The notes below the pieces were generated by a model, which ran no database searches, was not told where the DNA came from, and saw nothing but the letters and a program-made list of their open reading frames with translations. A stretch of DNA of 40,630 bases, taken from the IMG/VR virus record IMGVR_UViG_3300045988_173266; one strand, 5' to 3'. The translations under genes were made by a program, and so were the position numbers. Every line of letters begins with the position of its first letter. The first letter of the stretch is position 1. This stretch comes from a virus. Shown piece by piece: positions 8,410 to 17,764 of this stretch.

Positions 8410-8729
8410 TAGATTTTTATAACATAAGTGAGCCGTATATTGAAGATTCTTCTGCTTACGCAAAAGGTAAACGCGAAACTGTTTTGAATACGATAAAACC
8501 TATATGCGAAGCCTTTGAAATAACCGATTACGATTATATTTGTAACGAGAAGCAAGAACGGCTTGTTGTTGAAGGAACGCAAATCGGTTGTGCTTGCAAT
8601 TCAATCGGCGCGACCGTTCGCGAACTTATTGCGTATTTGTTCGTTGTATATGCTTCCGATAAGTTGCGTGCATTTAAGGCTCAAACAGTTAAAAACTTAA
8701 AGGAATATTGGATAAAAGACAATACTTAA
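8406..8729 (+). CDS. Hypothetical protein
   Basis: 107-aa ORF with overlapping start/stop coupling. Confidence 0.45.
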   Translation: MIDFYNISEPYIEDSSAYAKGKRETVLNTIKPICEAFEITDYDYICNEKQERLVVEGTQIGCACNSIGATVRELIAYLFVVYASDKLRAFKAQTVKNLKEYWIKDNT

Positions 8730-8742
8730 TTCGGAGGACAAA

Positions 8743-9507
8743 ATGAAAAATGAAATAGCCTTGCGCCCGTCGTATTGGGCGAGCGTATCAGGTGGGAAAG
8801 ACAGTTTATTTATGCTTAATCTCATTTTACATAACCTTGATAAATACCCGCTTGACGGCGTTGTGCATTTTGAACTTGAAATTGATTATCCGTTTATAAA
8901 AAACGTCATTGATTATATGCAGTCAGAATGCGAGCGATTCGGAATAAGGTTTGTACGTATAAAACCCCACGAATCGTGGAGCGAACTTTACGAAAGGTAC
9001 GGTTTTCCGACAAGGGTTGCGCGGTGGTGTAATGATAAGTACAAACTAACGGCGAAAAAGCAGTTGCAAGAATTTATGAAAAAACAAGGCTTTTATACTG
9101 TTTTTTACATAGGTTACTGCACCGATGAGGAAAAACGTTTTGCAAAGCGTGTAGATTTGCAAAAAGTCGAACGTTATCCACTCGTCGAAGAAAGAATCGA
9201 AGAAGAAACGGTTTGGGCGTGGGCAAAAACGCAACCGATATTCAACCGTTATTATGAAACGCAAAAGCGTTGCGGGTGTATGTATTGCCCTATGGCAAGT
9301 TTTATAAATTTCGCGTATCTTTGCAAGTATTATCCCGAAAATTTTGCCTTTATGATAGACAAAATGCGGGAAACGGAAGCCGTTCGGGAAAAGGAACTCG
9401 GCAGGGCGTTTTCGTGTATTTCGTCAACGCCGAAATACAATGCCGAATACCTTGAAAAAATTATAAAGACAAAATGGATAAAAAAATTAGAGGAGTTGGA
9501 GTTATGA
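8743..9507 (+). CDS. PAPS reductase / N-type ATP pyrophosphatase family protein
   Basis: PP-loop SGGKDS near the N-terminus and a C-terminal CGCMYCP cysteine motif. Confidence 0.7.
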   Translation: MKNEIALRPSYWASVSGGKDSLFMLNLILHNLDKYPLDGVVHFELEIDYPFIKNVIDYMQSECERFGIRFVRIKPHESWSELYERYGFPTRVARWCNDKYKLTAKKQLQEFMKKQGFYTVFYIGYCTDEEKRFAKRVDLQKVERYPLVEERIEEETVWAWAKTQPIFNRYYETQKRCGCMYCPMASFINFAYLCKYYPENFAFMIDKMRETEAVREKELGRAFSCISSTPKYNAEYLEKIIKTKWIKKLEELEL

Positions 9508-9764
9508 AAACAATTCGGAAAATTATCATTCCTATACTCTTAACGATTTTAACGGCGGTACAGTTTTTATGCTTGATAAAAGGCGTAGTCGTTATAAATT
9601 GGTTCGGAGTGTGTGGTTACTTAAACGCTATAATCGGATTCGGCGTTATAACGGCTTTTAGTTGGTGGGTTTGTATAGGTCTCATAAAAATGGATAGAGA
9701 GAACTTGCAACCGACCAAAGAAACAATGAAATACAGGAGACGGAAAAATGGCAAAGAAGATTGA
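9504..9764 (+). CDS. Small membrane protein (2 predicted TM helices)
   Basis: GGAG upstream of ATG 9504. Hydrophobic stretches IIIPILLTILTAVQFLCLI and GFGVITAFSWWVCIGLI. Confidence 0.5.
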   Translation: MKTIRKIIIPILLTILTAVQFLCLIKGVVVINWFGVCGYLNAIIGFGVITAFSWWVCIGLIKMDRENLQPTKETMKYRRRKNGKED

Positions 9765-10101
9765 TATATTCGATTTATTGCCGCAAGAGGCGATTGAACG
9801 TATAGACGATATCGGCTATGAGTTATTGAAAGAAAACGGCTACGAAACGGAAGGAGCGAAGACTTCAAAGCAAAGACAATATGAGTTAAAGAAGGCTCTT
9901 GCGAGAGACGGGAGACAACTCATATATTTCTCGATGATAGAGAAAGAAACGGGTAATATAATCTTTTGGTTTGAACTTCGTAAAGGAAACGACGTCATCG
10001 CAAGAAGTAAGGTCTTAAAGTTCTTGCCCGACAAAGGAGGGAAGAATGGAGAAGGAAAAAGTCAAGAGCGACCTTCGGAAACTCCGAAAGATAACGCATA
10101 G
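9748..10101 (+). CDS. Hypothetical protein
   Basis: 117-aa ORF; the 3' end overlaps the next gene by 56 nt. Confidence 0.4.
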   Translation: MAKKIDIFDLLPQEAIERIDDIGYELLKENGYETEGAKTSKQRQYELKKALARDGRQLIYFSMIEKETGNIIFWFELRKGNDVIARSKVLKFLPDKGGKNGEGKSQERPSETPKDNA

Positions 10102-10438
10102 CATAACCGTTGCTATGGAGTGTAAGCAAAATCACGAACGGCGACTTGAATATCTTCGTGGTAAAATTGCAACAAAAGACAATACCGAAGAGATACGAAA
10201 ACTTGAAGAGGTTCTCGGCTCGCTTCATATCGAAGAAAATATTAAGAAAGCGACGGCTCTCGAAGCAACCTATATGGAAGCGATAGACAAGTTGGAAGGT
10301 TTTGATAAAACAATCATTATCGACGGCTACATAAATGGAAAGCCATATTGGAAGATAGGGCGAGACATAGGATATACCGAAGTCGGAATCCGTAAGAGAG
10401 TTGAAAAAGCAATCGAAAAGTTGGCAAGTCTTCTATAA
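10046..10438 (+). CDS. Late transcription regulator, sigma-70 region-4 / ArpU-RinA-like
   Basis: C-terminal HTH-like KPYWKIGRDIGYTEVGIRKRVEKAIEKLA. Last gene of the early/middle block, immediately upstream of the packaging genes. Confidence 0.55.
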   Translation: MEKEKVKSDLRKLRKITHSITVAMECKQNHERRLEYLRGKIATKDNTEEIRKLEEVLGSLHIEENIKKATALEATYMEAIDKLEGFDKTIIIDGYINGKPYWKIGRDIGYTEVGIRKRVEKAIEKLASLL

Positions 10439-10445
10439 AAAAATT

Positions 10446-10486
10446 CGATATCGGGCAAAAGTGTATCGCCCGGTATCGTTTTTTTT
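10446..10486 (+). terminator. Rho-independent terminator ending the early/middle operon
   Basis: CGATATCGGGC (10446-56) pairs with GCCCGGTATCG (10468-78) with one G-T wobble, then T8 at 10479-86. Confidence 0.75.
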
Positions 10487-10570
10487 ATGCAATAATCTAT
10501 GATGAAGAGGAGAAACGGCGTTCTTGTGGTCGGGCGGCGGATAGGTTATGAGACTATCTCTCCTCAATAT

Positions 10571-10645
10571 CGCGGAGTGGAGAAGCAGAATCTCGCTTGT
10601 CTCATAAACAAGAGGTCGGCGGTGCAATTCCGTCCTCCGCAACCA
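10571..10645 (+). tRNA. tRNA-Met (anticodon CAT), initiator-like, CCA encoded
   Basis: Hand-folded cloverleaf: acceptor CGCGGAG/CTCCGCA with a C1-A72 mismatch; D stem GAGA/TCTC (A11-T24); anticodon arm CTTGT-CTCATAA-ACAAG; T arm GGCGG-TGCAATT-CCGTC. Layout parallels E. coli tRNA-fMet. The D loop lacks GG and the T loop is non-canonical. Confidence 0.65.
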
Positions 10646-10646
10646 T

Positions 10647-10721
10647 AGCAGAGTAGCCAAAAGGAATGGCGAACGGCTTTGACCCGTTTATATGTTAGTT
10701 CGAGTCTAACCTCTGCTGCCA
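10647..10721 (+). tRNA. tRNA-Gln (anticodon TTG), CCA encoded
   Basis: Acceptor AGCAGAG/CTCTGCT; D arm GCCA-AAAGGAA-TGGC; anticodon arm AACGG-CTTTGAC-CCGTT; T arm GTTAG-TTCGAGT-CTAAC; discriminator G then CCA. Confidence 0.85.
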
Positions 10722-10822
10722 AAACCCATTAAGTTCTTCGTAAGAAGTTGCGAAAAACTTCGGAGAGTTGATAAGTAGCGTAAAATGGTTGTAACTCTCA
10801 AAAACATTTTTAGGAGTGTATT

Positions 10823-11083
10823 ATGGACGATTGTTGTGAAAGACAAGTAGAACTTACGGCAAAGGAAAGAGTTCAATATGAACTTGAAGAACTTAAAGAG
10901 AGAATTGTAAAACTCTCGGCTTTTCTTTATAGTGAAAAGGCTATTGCGGAGGATATTTCGTATGAGATGAGAAACGCAATGAGAGACCAACTGCGGTATA
11001 TGTCGGACTACGCTATATGCTTGCAACATCGGCTTGCGATTTGGGGTAAGACCGATGAAGAGTTAAATCCGAGGCACATCTGA
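10823..11083 (+). CDS. Hypothetical protein
   Basis: AGGAG upstream. 86-aa helical protein. Confidence 0.5.
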   Translation: MDDCCERQVELTAKERVQYELEELKERIVKLSAFLYSEKAIAEDISYEMRNAMRDQLRYMSDYAICLQHRLAIWGKTDEELNPRHI

Positions 11084-11346
11084 TGACGAATCAAGAGTTT
11101 ATTGCATTTTGTAAAAAGGCGGTTTGCGATTATACCAACGAGCATTTGGATAAAAGCGAGGGTAAAAGAATTAACGGAGATGATGTCTATGTTGTTTGGT
11201 CTTGCAAAACTCTCCAAAACAACAAAGCATTATTAAGTACCACCATTAGCGACGGAATGTATTATGAGTTGACTTATAACGGCGATAAAAAAGAGTGTTA
11301 TTTTGACGCCTACAAGAAGTTTGAAAATCGTTGCATTTCTTTATAG
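11083..11346 (+). CDS. Conserved-looking small phage protein
   Basis: 87-aa ORF, start overlaps the previous stop. VYVVWSCKTLQNNKALL...YELTYNGDKKECYFDAYKK looks like a globular domain. Confidence 0.5.
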   Translation: MTNQEFIAFCKKAVCDYTNEHLDKSEGKRINGDDVYVVWSCKTLQNNKALLSTTISDGMYYELTYNGDKKECYFDAYKKFENRCISL

Positions 11347-11355
11347 GGGTAAGTT

Positions 11356-11919
11356 ATGGCACAAGGCAAGAAGTATAACGACGATATAAAGGAAAAAGCC
11401 TTTGCCCTTCTTGCTTGCAATAACAACGCTATGGACGTAGCGAAGCAACTCGGACTCAAATATACAACCGTTAAGACTTGGGAAAAAAAGTATTTAGAGC
11501 AAAGCAAAGATTTAGCCGAGAGGAGGGCGAAAGGCGGAGATAGTTACGAAGTTACGAAGTCGGAGAGTGAATTTGACCTTGAAAGACTTCGTAATGAAAA
11601 CAAAAAGAAGTTCGTAAACGACGCTTGGAGACTAATCGACAAGACGAAAACACTTCTCGAAAGGCGTTTGGATAGGGCGATAGAGAGCGAAGATGAACTC
11701 GATAGACTCGTTGAAGAAATATGTAGGCTCGACAATAAAGACCTTACGAACGAGCAGAGAAAGGCTCTTTATTCAAGGATAAAGTCTCTTAAACTTGAAC
11801 AAGCGAAAGAGTTGGCGGTTGTCTTGGGAACGCTTTACGACAAACAAGCACTCGCAAACAAGGAGGCGACGGCAATCGTCGAAGGTAATATAACGGTTAA
11901 GAAATTCGAGGACTTCTAA
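11356..11919 (+). CDS. Terminase small subunit (putative)
   Basis: N-terminal HTH-like AMDVAKQLGLKYTTVKTWEKKY with a coiled-coil tail. Immediately upstream of and overlapping the terminase large subunit. Confidence 0.6.
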   Translation: MAQGKKYNDDIKEKAFALLACNNNAMDVAKQLGLKYTTVKTWEKKYLEQSKDLAERRAKGGDSYEVTKSESEFDLERLRNENKKKFVNDAWRLIDKTKTLLERRLDRAIESEDELDRLVEEICRLDNKDLTNEQRKALYSRIKSLKLEQAKELAVVLGTLYDKQALANKEATAIVEGNITVKKFEDF

Positions 11920-13733
11920 TGCTGACTATAAAAGACATTATTGAAAAGCGTAAGCGAATATGGGAAGAACGGCACGATATAGAGTATGACAAGCAACTTG
12001 TTAGGGCGAGCGTGATTAAAATACTCTCTACGCCGTCGTTATCTTCGGAAGTAATTGCGAGACCGTATTTGCTTATAGAAGTCGCTTTCTATATCGTAGA
12101 TAAAGAGAGAAAGACTGTGCCTTTTTTTCTTAACGACGTGCAAAAGGACTTTATTGCGCAGTTAGAGACGAAAGGAACGAGTAAGCCTTTCTTCGTTTTG
12201 AAAGGAAGACAACAAGGCTTTACGAGTCTTATAACGGCAATTCAGTTATCGTTTTCAATCGTAAGGAAGAACTTTGCGGGATTTACTATGGCTGACCGTG
12301 CTGACAATACCGCCGCCATATTTAACGATAAAGCAAGAGTTGTGTATGAAAGACTCCCGGAAGAACTGAAACCTTCCGAGAAGTTCAATTCAAGAAATGA
12401 GTTATTCTTCGATAAACTCAATTCGTCTTGGCGTATAGCAACCGCGACGGAGCAAGTGGGGCGTTCTCGAACGCTTAACTTCGTGCATTATTCGGAAGTT
12501 GCGTTCTACGAGTGCGACCTATCGGCTATTCAAGCGGGTATAGGCGAGGCAATAACTGCCGACGCTATCGTTGTTTACGAGACTACTGCGAACGGGTTCA
12601 ATCAAGCGAAAGACCTTTGGGATTCAGGTGCTTGCCATAACCTTTTCTATGGTTGGTGGCGAACGAAAGAATATCGTATAAAGGATTTGAGTTATCTCGA
12701 TACGAAAGACTCTTGGCTTATGGAGAGAAAAAAACTCTTGGAGTCAATTGGGTTAGACAAAGAGCAAATTGCTTGGTATTGCAAAAAATACGATTCGTAC
12801 CTTGATAAAAATACGATTAAGCAAGAATATCCGATAACGCCTACGGAAGCATTTGTTTCGAGTGGCGAGTGTGTGTTCGATAAAGAATCAATCAATAATC
12901 AAATAATCCGTGCTTCGTCCTTGCAAGCGGTTAAAAAAGGCTATTTTGTCTACGACAAGGAAGCAATTCCGATTAAAGACGAGAATGGTGCAATAAAGGA
13001 TTTTGATTGGAAAATAAAAAATATCCGATTCGTAGAAAGCACGGACGGATATATCACGATTCACGAAGAGCCGAGAAAGAGATACAACAAAGACGGAGAA
13101 GTGATAGGTCTTGCACCTTACGCAATCGGCGGAGATACCGCCGGAACGGGTAAAGACTTTTTTACGGCAAAGGTTATATGTTCTCTCGACGATAAAGCCG
13201 TGGCAACCTTGCATAAACAGTACATAGACGAAGACCTTTACGCCGAGCAAATGTATTGTCTCGGTATCTACTATCACGAAGCACTTATCGGAATCGAGAT
13301 AAACTATTCAAGGCAACCGACGAGAATACTCCAAAAGAAGTACGGCTACACAAGCCTCTATATGCGAGAACGGTTTGATAGCGTGGCGGATAAAACCGTT
13401 ATGGACTACGGGTTCGAGACAACATCGAGAACGAAACCGATAATCATAGGCGAACTTATAACGCTTATGAGAAACGACCCAACGATTGAGCCTGACGTGC
13501 CTACGCTGAAAGAGATGACGACTTTCACAAGAAAAGACAACGGCAAAATGGAAGCGTTGGACGGTTGCCACGACGATTTGGTTATGGCTTGCGCTATCGG
13601 GCATTTTGTAGCAAAGAAGCAACCGAGAGAGTGGCTTGAAGTTAAGATAAACGAAAATGAGTTTATTGAAGAGAATTTCTCGTCCGAAGAAATCGAAGGA
13701 AATACGGGTTATATGCAATGGGAGGATTTTTAA
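11919..13733 (+). CDS. terL: Terminase large subunit
   Basis: 604 aa. ATPase region LKGRQQGFTSL. C-terminal RNaseH-like nuclease motif GCHDDLVMACAI. Positioned before the portal. Confidence 0.85.
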   Translation: MLTIKDIIEKRKRIWEERHDIEYDKQLVRASVIKILSTPSLSSEVIARPYLLIEVAFYIVDKERKTVPFFLNDVQKDFIAQLETKGTSKPFFVLKGRQQGFTSLITAIQLSFSIVRKNFAGFTMADRADNTAAIFNDKARVVYERLPEELKPSEKFNSRNELFFDKLNSSWRIATATEQVGRSRTLNFVHYSEVAFYECDLSAIQAGIGEAITADAIVVYETTANGFNQAKDLWDSGACHNLFYGWWRTKEYRIKDLSYLDTKDSWLMERKKLLESIGLDKEQIAWYCKKYDSYLDKNTIKQEYPITPTEAFVSSGECVFDKESINNQIIRASSLQAVKKGYFVYDKEAIPIKDENGAIKDFDWKIKNIRFVESTDGYITIHEEPRKRYNKDGEVIGLAPYAIGGDTAGTGKDFFTAKVICSLDDKAVATLHKQYIDEDLYAEQMYCLGIYYHEALIGIEINYSRQPTRILQKKYGYTSLYMRERFDSVADKTVMDYGFETTSRTKPIIIGELITLMRNDPTIEPDVPTLKEMTTFTRKDNGKMEALDGCHDDLVMACAIGHFVAKKQPREWLEVKINENEFIEENFSSEEIEGNTGYMQWEDF

Positions 13734-13912
13734 TGTTCAATAGAAAACGAATAAAACAACTCGAAAGTAGGGTCGACTCGTTGGAAAAGAAGATTGACGA
13801 ACTGCAAAAGCGTACAGTATCTCAAAAGACTATGGAAGAAGACCAACCGCCCACTGTGAGTGTAATTATGGACGAGTGGTTGAACGGTAAGGAGGAAGAC
13901 AATGGATATTAA
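13733..13912 (+). CDS. Small coiled-coil protein
   Basis: GGAGG upstream of ATG 13733. 59 aa. Confidence 0.45.
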   Translation: MFNRKRIKQLESRVDSLEKKIDELQKRTVSQKTMEEDQPPTVSVIMDEWLNGKEEDNGY

Positions 13913-15875
13913 AGAAAGATATGCGACCGATTCCGAGACTACATCGCTATGGGACGATTATCAAAACGGACTCGCTTATCAGTCTTCCGTCGGCTTATCG
14001 AAAAAGATTCCGAAGTTCGTTAAGTTCTATGAAGGAGACCAATGGGCAGCACCGACAAAGAACACGAAAAATCTTCCGAGACCCGTGGTAAATATCATTA
14101 AGATGATTTGCCGAAACAAGAAGAGTGCGATTCTTTCAACTCCTGTCAGGATAATTTACCGCGCGGAAGACGAAATGGCGAACGTAGAACGCTTCAACAA
14201 CTTTGCCGACTACATACAAAAAGAAATCGGTCAAGAATCGCTTGATAAAAAGGCGATAAACGACGGCGTAATAAAAGGCTCTTACTTTTACCATTACTAT
14301 TGGGATTCGGAGGCGAAAGGTAAGAACGGAGCAAAAGAAGGCGGTTTAAGGTGTGAGATAATCGACCCTTTAAGCATTTTTTTCTCCGACCCTACACAAC
14401 TTGACGAGCAAAAGCAAGAATGGATATTGATTGCCTCGCGTGAAAACGTTAAGTCGGTTAGAGCGAAATGCGATAGAGACGTAGACATCGAGAGTATCGT
14501 TTCCGATGAATCGGACAACAAGTACGGGATTGTAGAACAAGACGGCGACAAATTATGTACGGTACTTACGAGATACTTCCGCAAGGACGGCGAAGTGTAT
14601 TGCGAAAAGGCAACGAAAAGCGTTGTAATCAATAAACCGTTCGCTATTACTCCCGACCTTGAAGGTGCGGCAAAGGAACTCGGGTTTGCAGAAGAGGACG
14701 CTCCGAATAACGCCACGCCCGATAAACCCGAAGCGGAATCGCTTATCCCCGATACTACGAAGGCGTACCTATATCCTATTGTCGTAGGGAACTACGAAGT
14801 AAAGGAGAGATGTATTTACGGACTCGGAGAAGTTGAAGGACTTATACCGAACCAAAAGGCGATAAACTTCAATATTGCTATGGCTCTTCTTAACAACCAA
14901 GAGACTGCGTGGGGAAAGTATATTGTCGCGCCGAACGCTCTCAAAGGGCAAGTGATAACGAATGAACCGGGGCAAGTCATAGTTGACTATACGGGTACGG
15001 GACAAGGCATACGGAAGATGTCAGAGCAAGCGATTCAAAGTCAACCGTTACAACTTATAGATACACTTACGCAACTTACAAGAGTTGTTACGGGGTCTAC
15101 GGAAGTAATGACGGGAGAAACTCTCGGCGCGGGTATGTCCGGAGCGGCAATCGCACAATTACAGTCGCAAGCGACACAACCTATCGAAGAACTCAAAGAT
15201 TCGTTCTGGCTCGTCAAAGAAAAACAAGGTAAGGTTCTTGCGCAATTTTTCAAACTCTATTACACGGAGAAGGAATTTACCTATACGGAAACGCTTCCGA
15301 ATGACGAGAGTCAACCTATGCAAGGGATAGCGGATAACGAAGAAGTCCAAATGTCGGACGTATTCAATAGCGAAGAGTATAGACGAACCGATTTTTCAGT
15401 CGTTGTAGAGGCGACTTCGGGAACGAAGGCTTCGGCAGCGGGAGATATAAACGCTCTTGACGTTCTTCTTGCGAAGGGGTTAATTTCGATGAAAACCTAT
15501 CTAAAAGCCTATCCGAAAGACGCTTTGTCGAATAGAACGGAGATTCTAAAAGGAATCGAGGAAGACGAGAAGAATCAAGTAGCCGAACTAACGCAAAAAC
15601 TACAACAGTCGGAGCAACAAAACATTGAACTTGCAAAGGTTGTAGAGCAACAAAAAGAAACGGTTGATAAGGTTGTTGCGGTCATCAAAGAAAATAACGA
15701 ATTAAAAACCTATATCGCAAACCTTTATACCGAGGCTTCGGGGAAGATAACCGAGGCGAACAAGCAAATCCAACTCGGCAACGCAAAACTTGCGGAGACC
15801 ACGAAGGACGCAACGGATATGGCACAAACCATATACAACGGATTACAAGGAGGCGGCGGAAATGTTATGCCCTAA
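13902..15875 (+). CDS. Portal protein
   Basis: 657-aa ORF directly after the large terminase, with a long C-terminal coiled coil. AAGGAGG upstream. Confidence 0.75.
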   Translation: MDIKERYATDSETTSLWDDYQNGLAYQSSVGLSKKIPKFVKFYEGDQWAAPTKNTKNLPRPVVNIIKMICRNKKSAILSTPVRIIYRAEDEMANVERFNNFADYIQKEIGQESLDKKAINDGVIKGSYFYHYYWDSEAKGKNGAKEGGLRCEIIDPLSIFFSDPTQLDEQKQEWILIASRENVKSVRAKCDRDVDIESIVSDESDNKYGIVEQDGDKLCTVLTRYFRKDGEVYCEKATKSVVINKPFAITPDLEGAAKELGFAEEDAPNNATPDKPEAESLIPDTTKAYLYPIVVGNYEVKERCIYGLGEVEGLIPNQKAINFNIAMALLNNQETAWGKYIVAPNALKGQVITNEPGQVIVDYTGTGQGIRKMSEQAIQSQPLQLIDTLTQLTRVVTGSTEVMTGETLGAGMSGAAIAQLQSQATQPIEELKDSFWLVKEKQGKVLAQFFKLYYTEKEFTYTETLPNDESQPMQGIADNEEVQMSDVFNSEEYRRTDFSVVVEATSGTKASAAGDINALDVLLAKGLISMKTYLKAYPKDALSNRTEILKGIEEDEKNQVAELTQKLQQSEQQNIELAKVVEQQKETVDKVVAVIKENNELKTYIANLYTEASGKITEANKQIQLGNAKLAETTKDATDMAQTIYNGLQGGGGNVMP

Positions 15876-15990
15876 ATGCAAAGTCGAAATGAGAGTTGAA
15901 AGGATAAAAGGCTCGACGGTTTACGTTTGCCGAAAGCCGTCTTGTCCGAATTATAAAAAAGTTGTAAAGACTCAAACCGATAGCAAGTAG
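15862..15990 (+). CDS. Small zinc-ribbon protein (42 aa)
   Basis: CPKC...CRKPSCPNY four-Cys pattern. GGAGG upstream. Confidence 0.45.
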   Translation: MLCPKCKVEMRVERIKGSTVYVCRKPSCPNYKKVVKTQTDSK

Positions 15991-16053
15991 GTTAAACCTA
16001 TTACTATACAATAATATCACGCAGGAACGCGCAAAAATCCAAAGGAGACTTCT

Positions 16054-16863
16054 ATGTCGGAAGAAAATAAAAAATCAGCGGAAGAAACCGTAGCAACTAC
16101 GGAGGTCGATGAACACGCTGACATCGGCAAAAATACGGAGGGCGAGAACGACGTTGAATTTACCGATTCCGAAAGCGGTGAGCAAGGAAAAGCCGAGCCG
16201 AAGGAAGAATCGAAAACCCAAACGAAGGAACAAAACTCCGAAAACGCTCGTCGTAGGCGTGAGGCAGAACGCCAAGCCGAACTTAAAAAAGTAGAGGCGG
16301 AGACGAGAGAAAAAGCCATTATCGAAGTCCTTAACGGAAAGAATCCTTTTACGAATGAGCCGATGAAAGACCACGCCGACGTAGAAGAATATCTTTTGAT
16401 GAAGGAAATCGAAAAGAACGGCGGAGACCCATTGTCCGATTTTTCCAAATACCAAAAGGAAAAAGAAAGGAAGAAAGCCGAAGAAGTTGCGAAAGAAACG
16501 GAAGAAAAGGAATGGTACGAAAAAGATTTTAATGATTTTTCAACCAAACACCCGGAGGTAAATGTTCATTCGCTTATCTCAAACGAACAATTCCAAAAAT
16601 TCGCAGACGGAAAAGTCGGTAAGCAACCTTTATCAGACATATACGATGACTTTATAAGTTTTGTGAGCGAATACGAAAAGAAAGCCAAACAAATGGTAAA
16701 ACAAACGCTTGCAAACAAGAAAGCGTCGCCGGGGTCGTTGTCAAGCACGAATCCGAACGATAGTGGCTATTACACGAGAGAGCAAGTTCAAGCGATGACC
16801 CAAGAGGAAGTCCATAAGAACTATGACAAGATTCGTGCGAGTATGTCGAAATGGAAATATTAA
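16054..16863 (+). CDS. Scaffolding protein (putative)
   Basis: Highly acidic/charged, helical 269-aa protein between portal and major capsid. Confidence 0.6.
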   Translation: MSEENKKSAEETVATTEVDEHADIGKNTEGENDVEFTDSESGEQGKAEPKEESKTQTKEQNSENARRRREAERQAELKKVEAETREKAIIEVLNGKNPFTNEPMKDHADVEEYLLMKEIEKNGGDPLSDFSKYQKEKERKKAEEVAKETEEKEWYEKDFNDFSTKHPEVNVHSLISNEQFQKFADGKVGKQPLSDIYDDFISFVSEYEKKAKQMVKQTLANKKASPGSLSSTNPNDSGYYTREQVQAMTQEEVHKNYDKIRASMSKWKY

Positions 16864-16884
16864 ATAGGAGGATAAACAAACATT

Positions 16885-17748
16885 ATGGCATATCAAAACT
16901 TTATCCCCTCCGTTTGGAACGAAGGGATTGAAAGAGAACTCGAAAGACTTTGCGTGTTTGTAGAAGACTGCAACCGCAAGTACGAAGGACAAGTTAAAAA
17001 GAAAGGCGAATCGGTAACGATTCTCGGCGTAGGAAAACCTACCATTAAGACCCTTTCCAAGGCAAATCGTAATAACGATATCGACGCTCCCGAAGAAGTC
17101 GAAGATACTTCCGTTATTATGTACATCAATCAAATCCGCTACTTCAACTATATGGTTGGCGATATCGACAAGGCTCAATCCGTAGGCGGGGTAATGGACG
17201 CGCTCGAAGCGGAAACTTCGGAGGGTCTTGCGGACGAGGTTGATAAGTACGTCGCGGGTTTTGCCGTTGACGACTCGGTTCAAAAACTGTTTGCCTCGCC
17301 TGTCAAGGTCGTTGCGGGAACGGCGAGTACGGGCGAAAAGAACGTGCTTCATATTCTTGACGAGGCAATTCAAAAACTCTATGAGAATGACGTTAAGTCC
17401 ACTACGAAAGTGGTTGTTACCGTTTCTCCGAGATTCTACACGCTTTTCAAGAGAGAGTATGTAGACAAAGACACCGATAATTCCGAAATTCTTAAAAACG
17501 GCAGAGTGGGTAAATACGGTAGCGTTATCGTCAAGATGTCGAACAACGTTTGCAAAACGGATAGCGGCGCGACCGACAACATTATGATAAGGACTCAAAG
17601 AGCGCTTGCATTTGCAAAGCCTTTGACCCACACCGAGCCTTATCGTCCCGAAAAGAAGTTTGCCGACGCGGTAAAGGGTTACATTCTTTTCGACGCAAAA
17701 GTCGTAAGACCGAAAGAAGTTATCAATATCAACGTTAAATACGCGTAA
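16885..17748 (+). CDS. Major capsid protein (HK97-fold, P22-coat-like N-terminus)
   Basis: MAYQNFIPSVWNEGIERELE N-terminus typical of coat proteins. Position after the scaffold, strong SD, and a terminator shortly downstream. Confidence 0.75.
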   Translation: MAYQNFIPSVWNEGIERELERLCVFVEDCNRKYEGQVKKKGESVTILGVGKPTIKTLSKANRNNDIDAPEEVEDTSVIMYINQIRYFNYMVGDIDKAQSVGGVMDALEAETSEGLADEVDKYVAGFAVDDSVQKLFASPVKVVAGTASTGEKNVLHILDEAIQKLYENDVKSTTKVVVTVSPRFYTLFKREYVDKDTDNSEILKNGRVGKYGSVIVKMSNNVCKTDSGATDNIMIRTQRALAFAKPLTHTEPYRPEKKFADAVKGYILFDAKVVRPKEVININVKYA

Positions 17749-17764
17749 AAGGAGGACATAGACA

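Noticed and set aside
10433-11029. Minus-strand ORFs 10433..10660 and 10706..11029
   Set aside because: They overlap the terminator, both tRNA genes and a + strand gene, and have no SD.
16017-16547. 176-aa minus-strand ORF rich in S and F
   Set aside because: It is antisense to the GAA/AAA-rich scaffold gene. The S/F richness is simply the complement of E/K codons.
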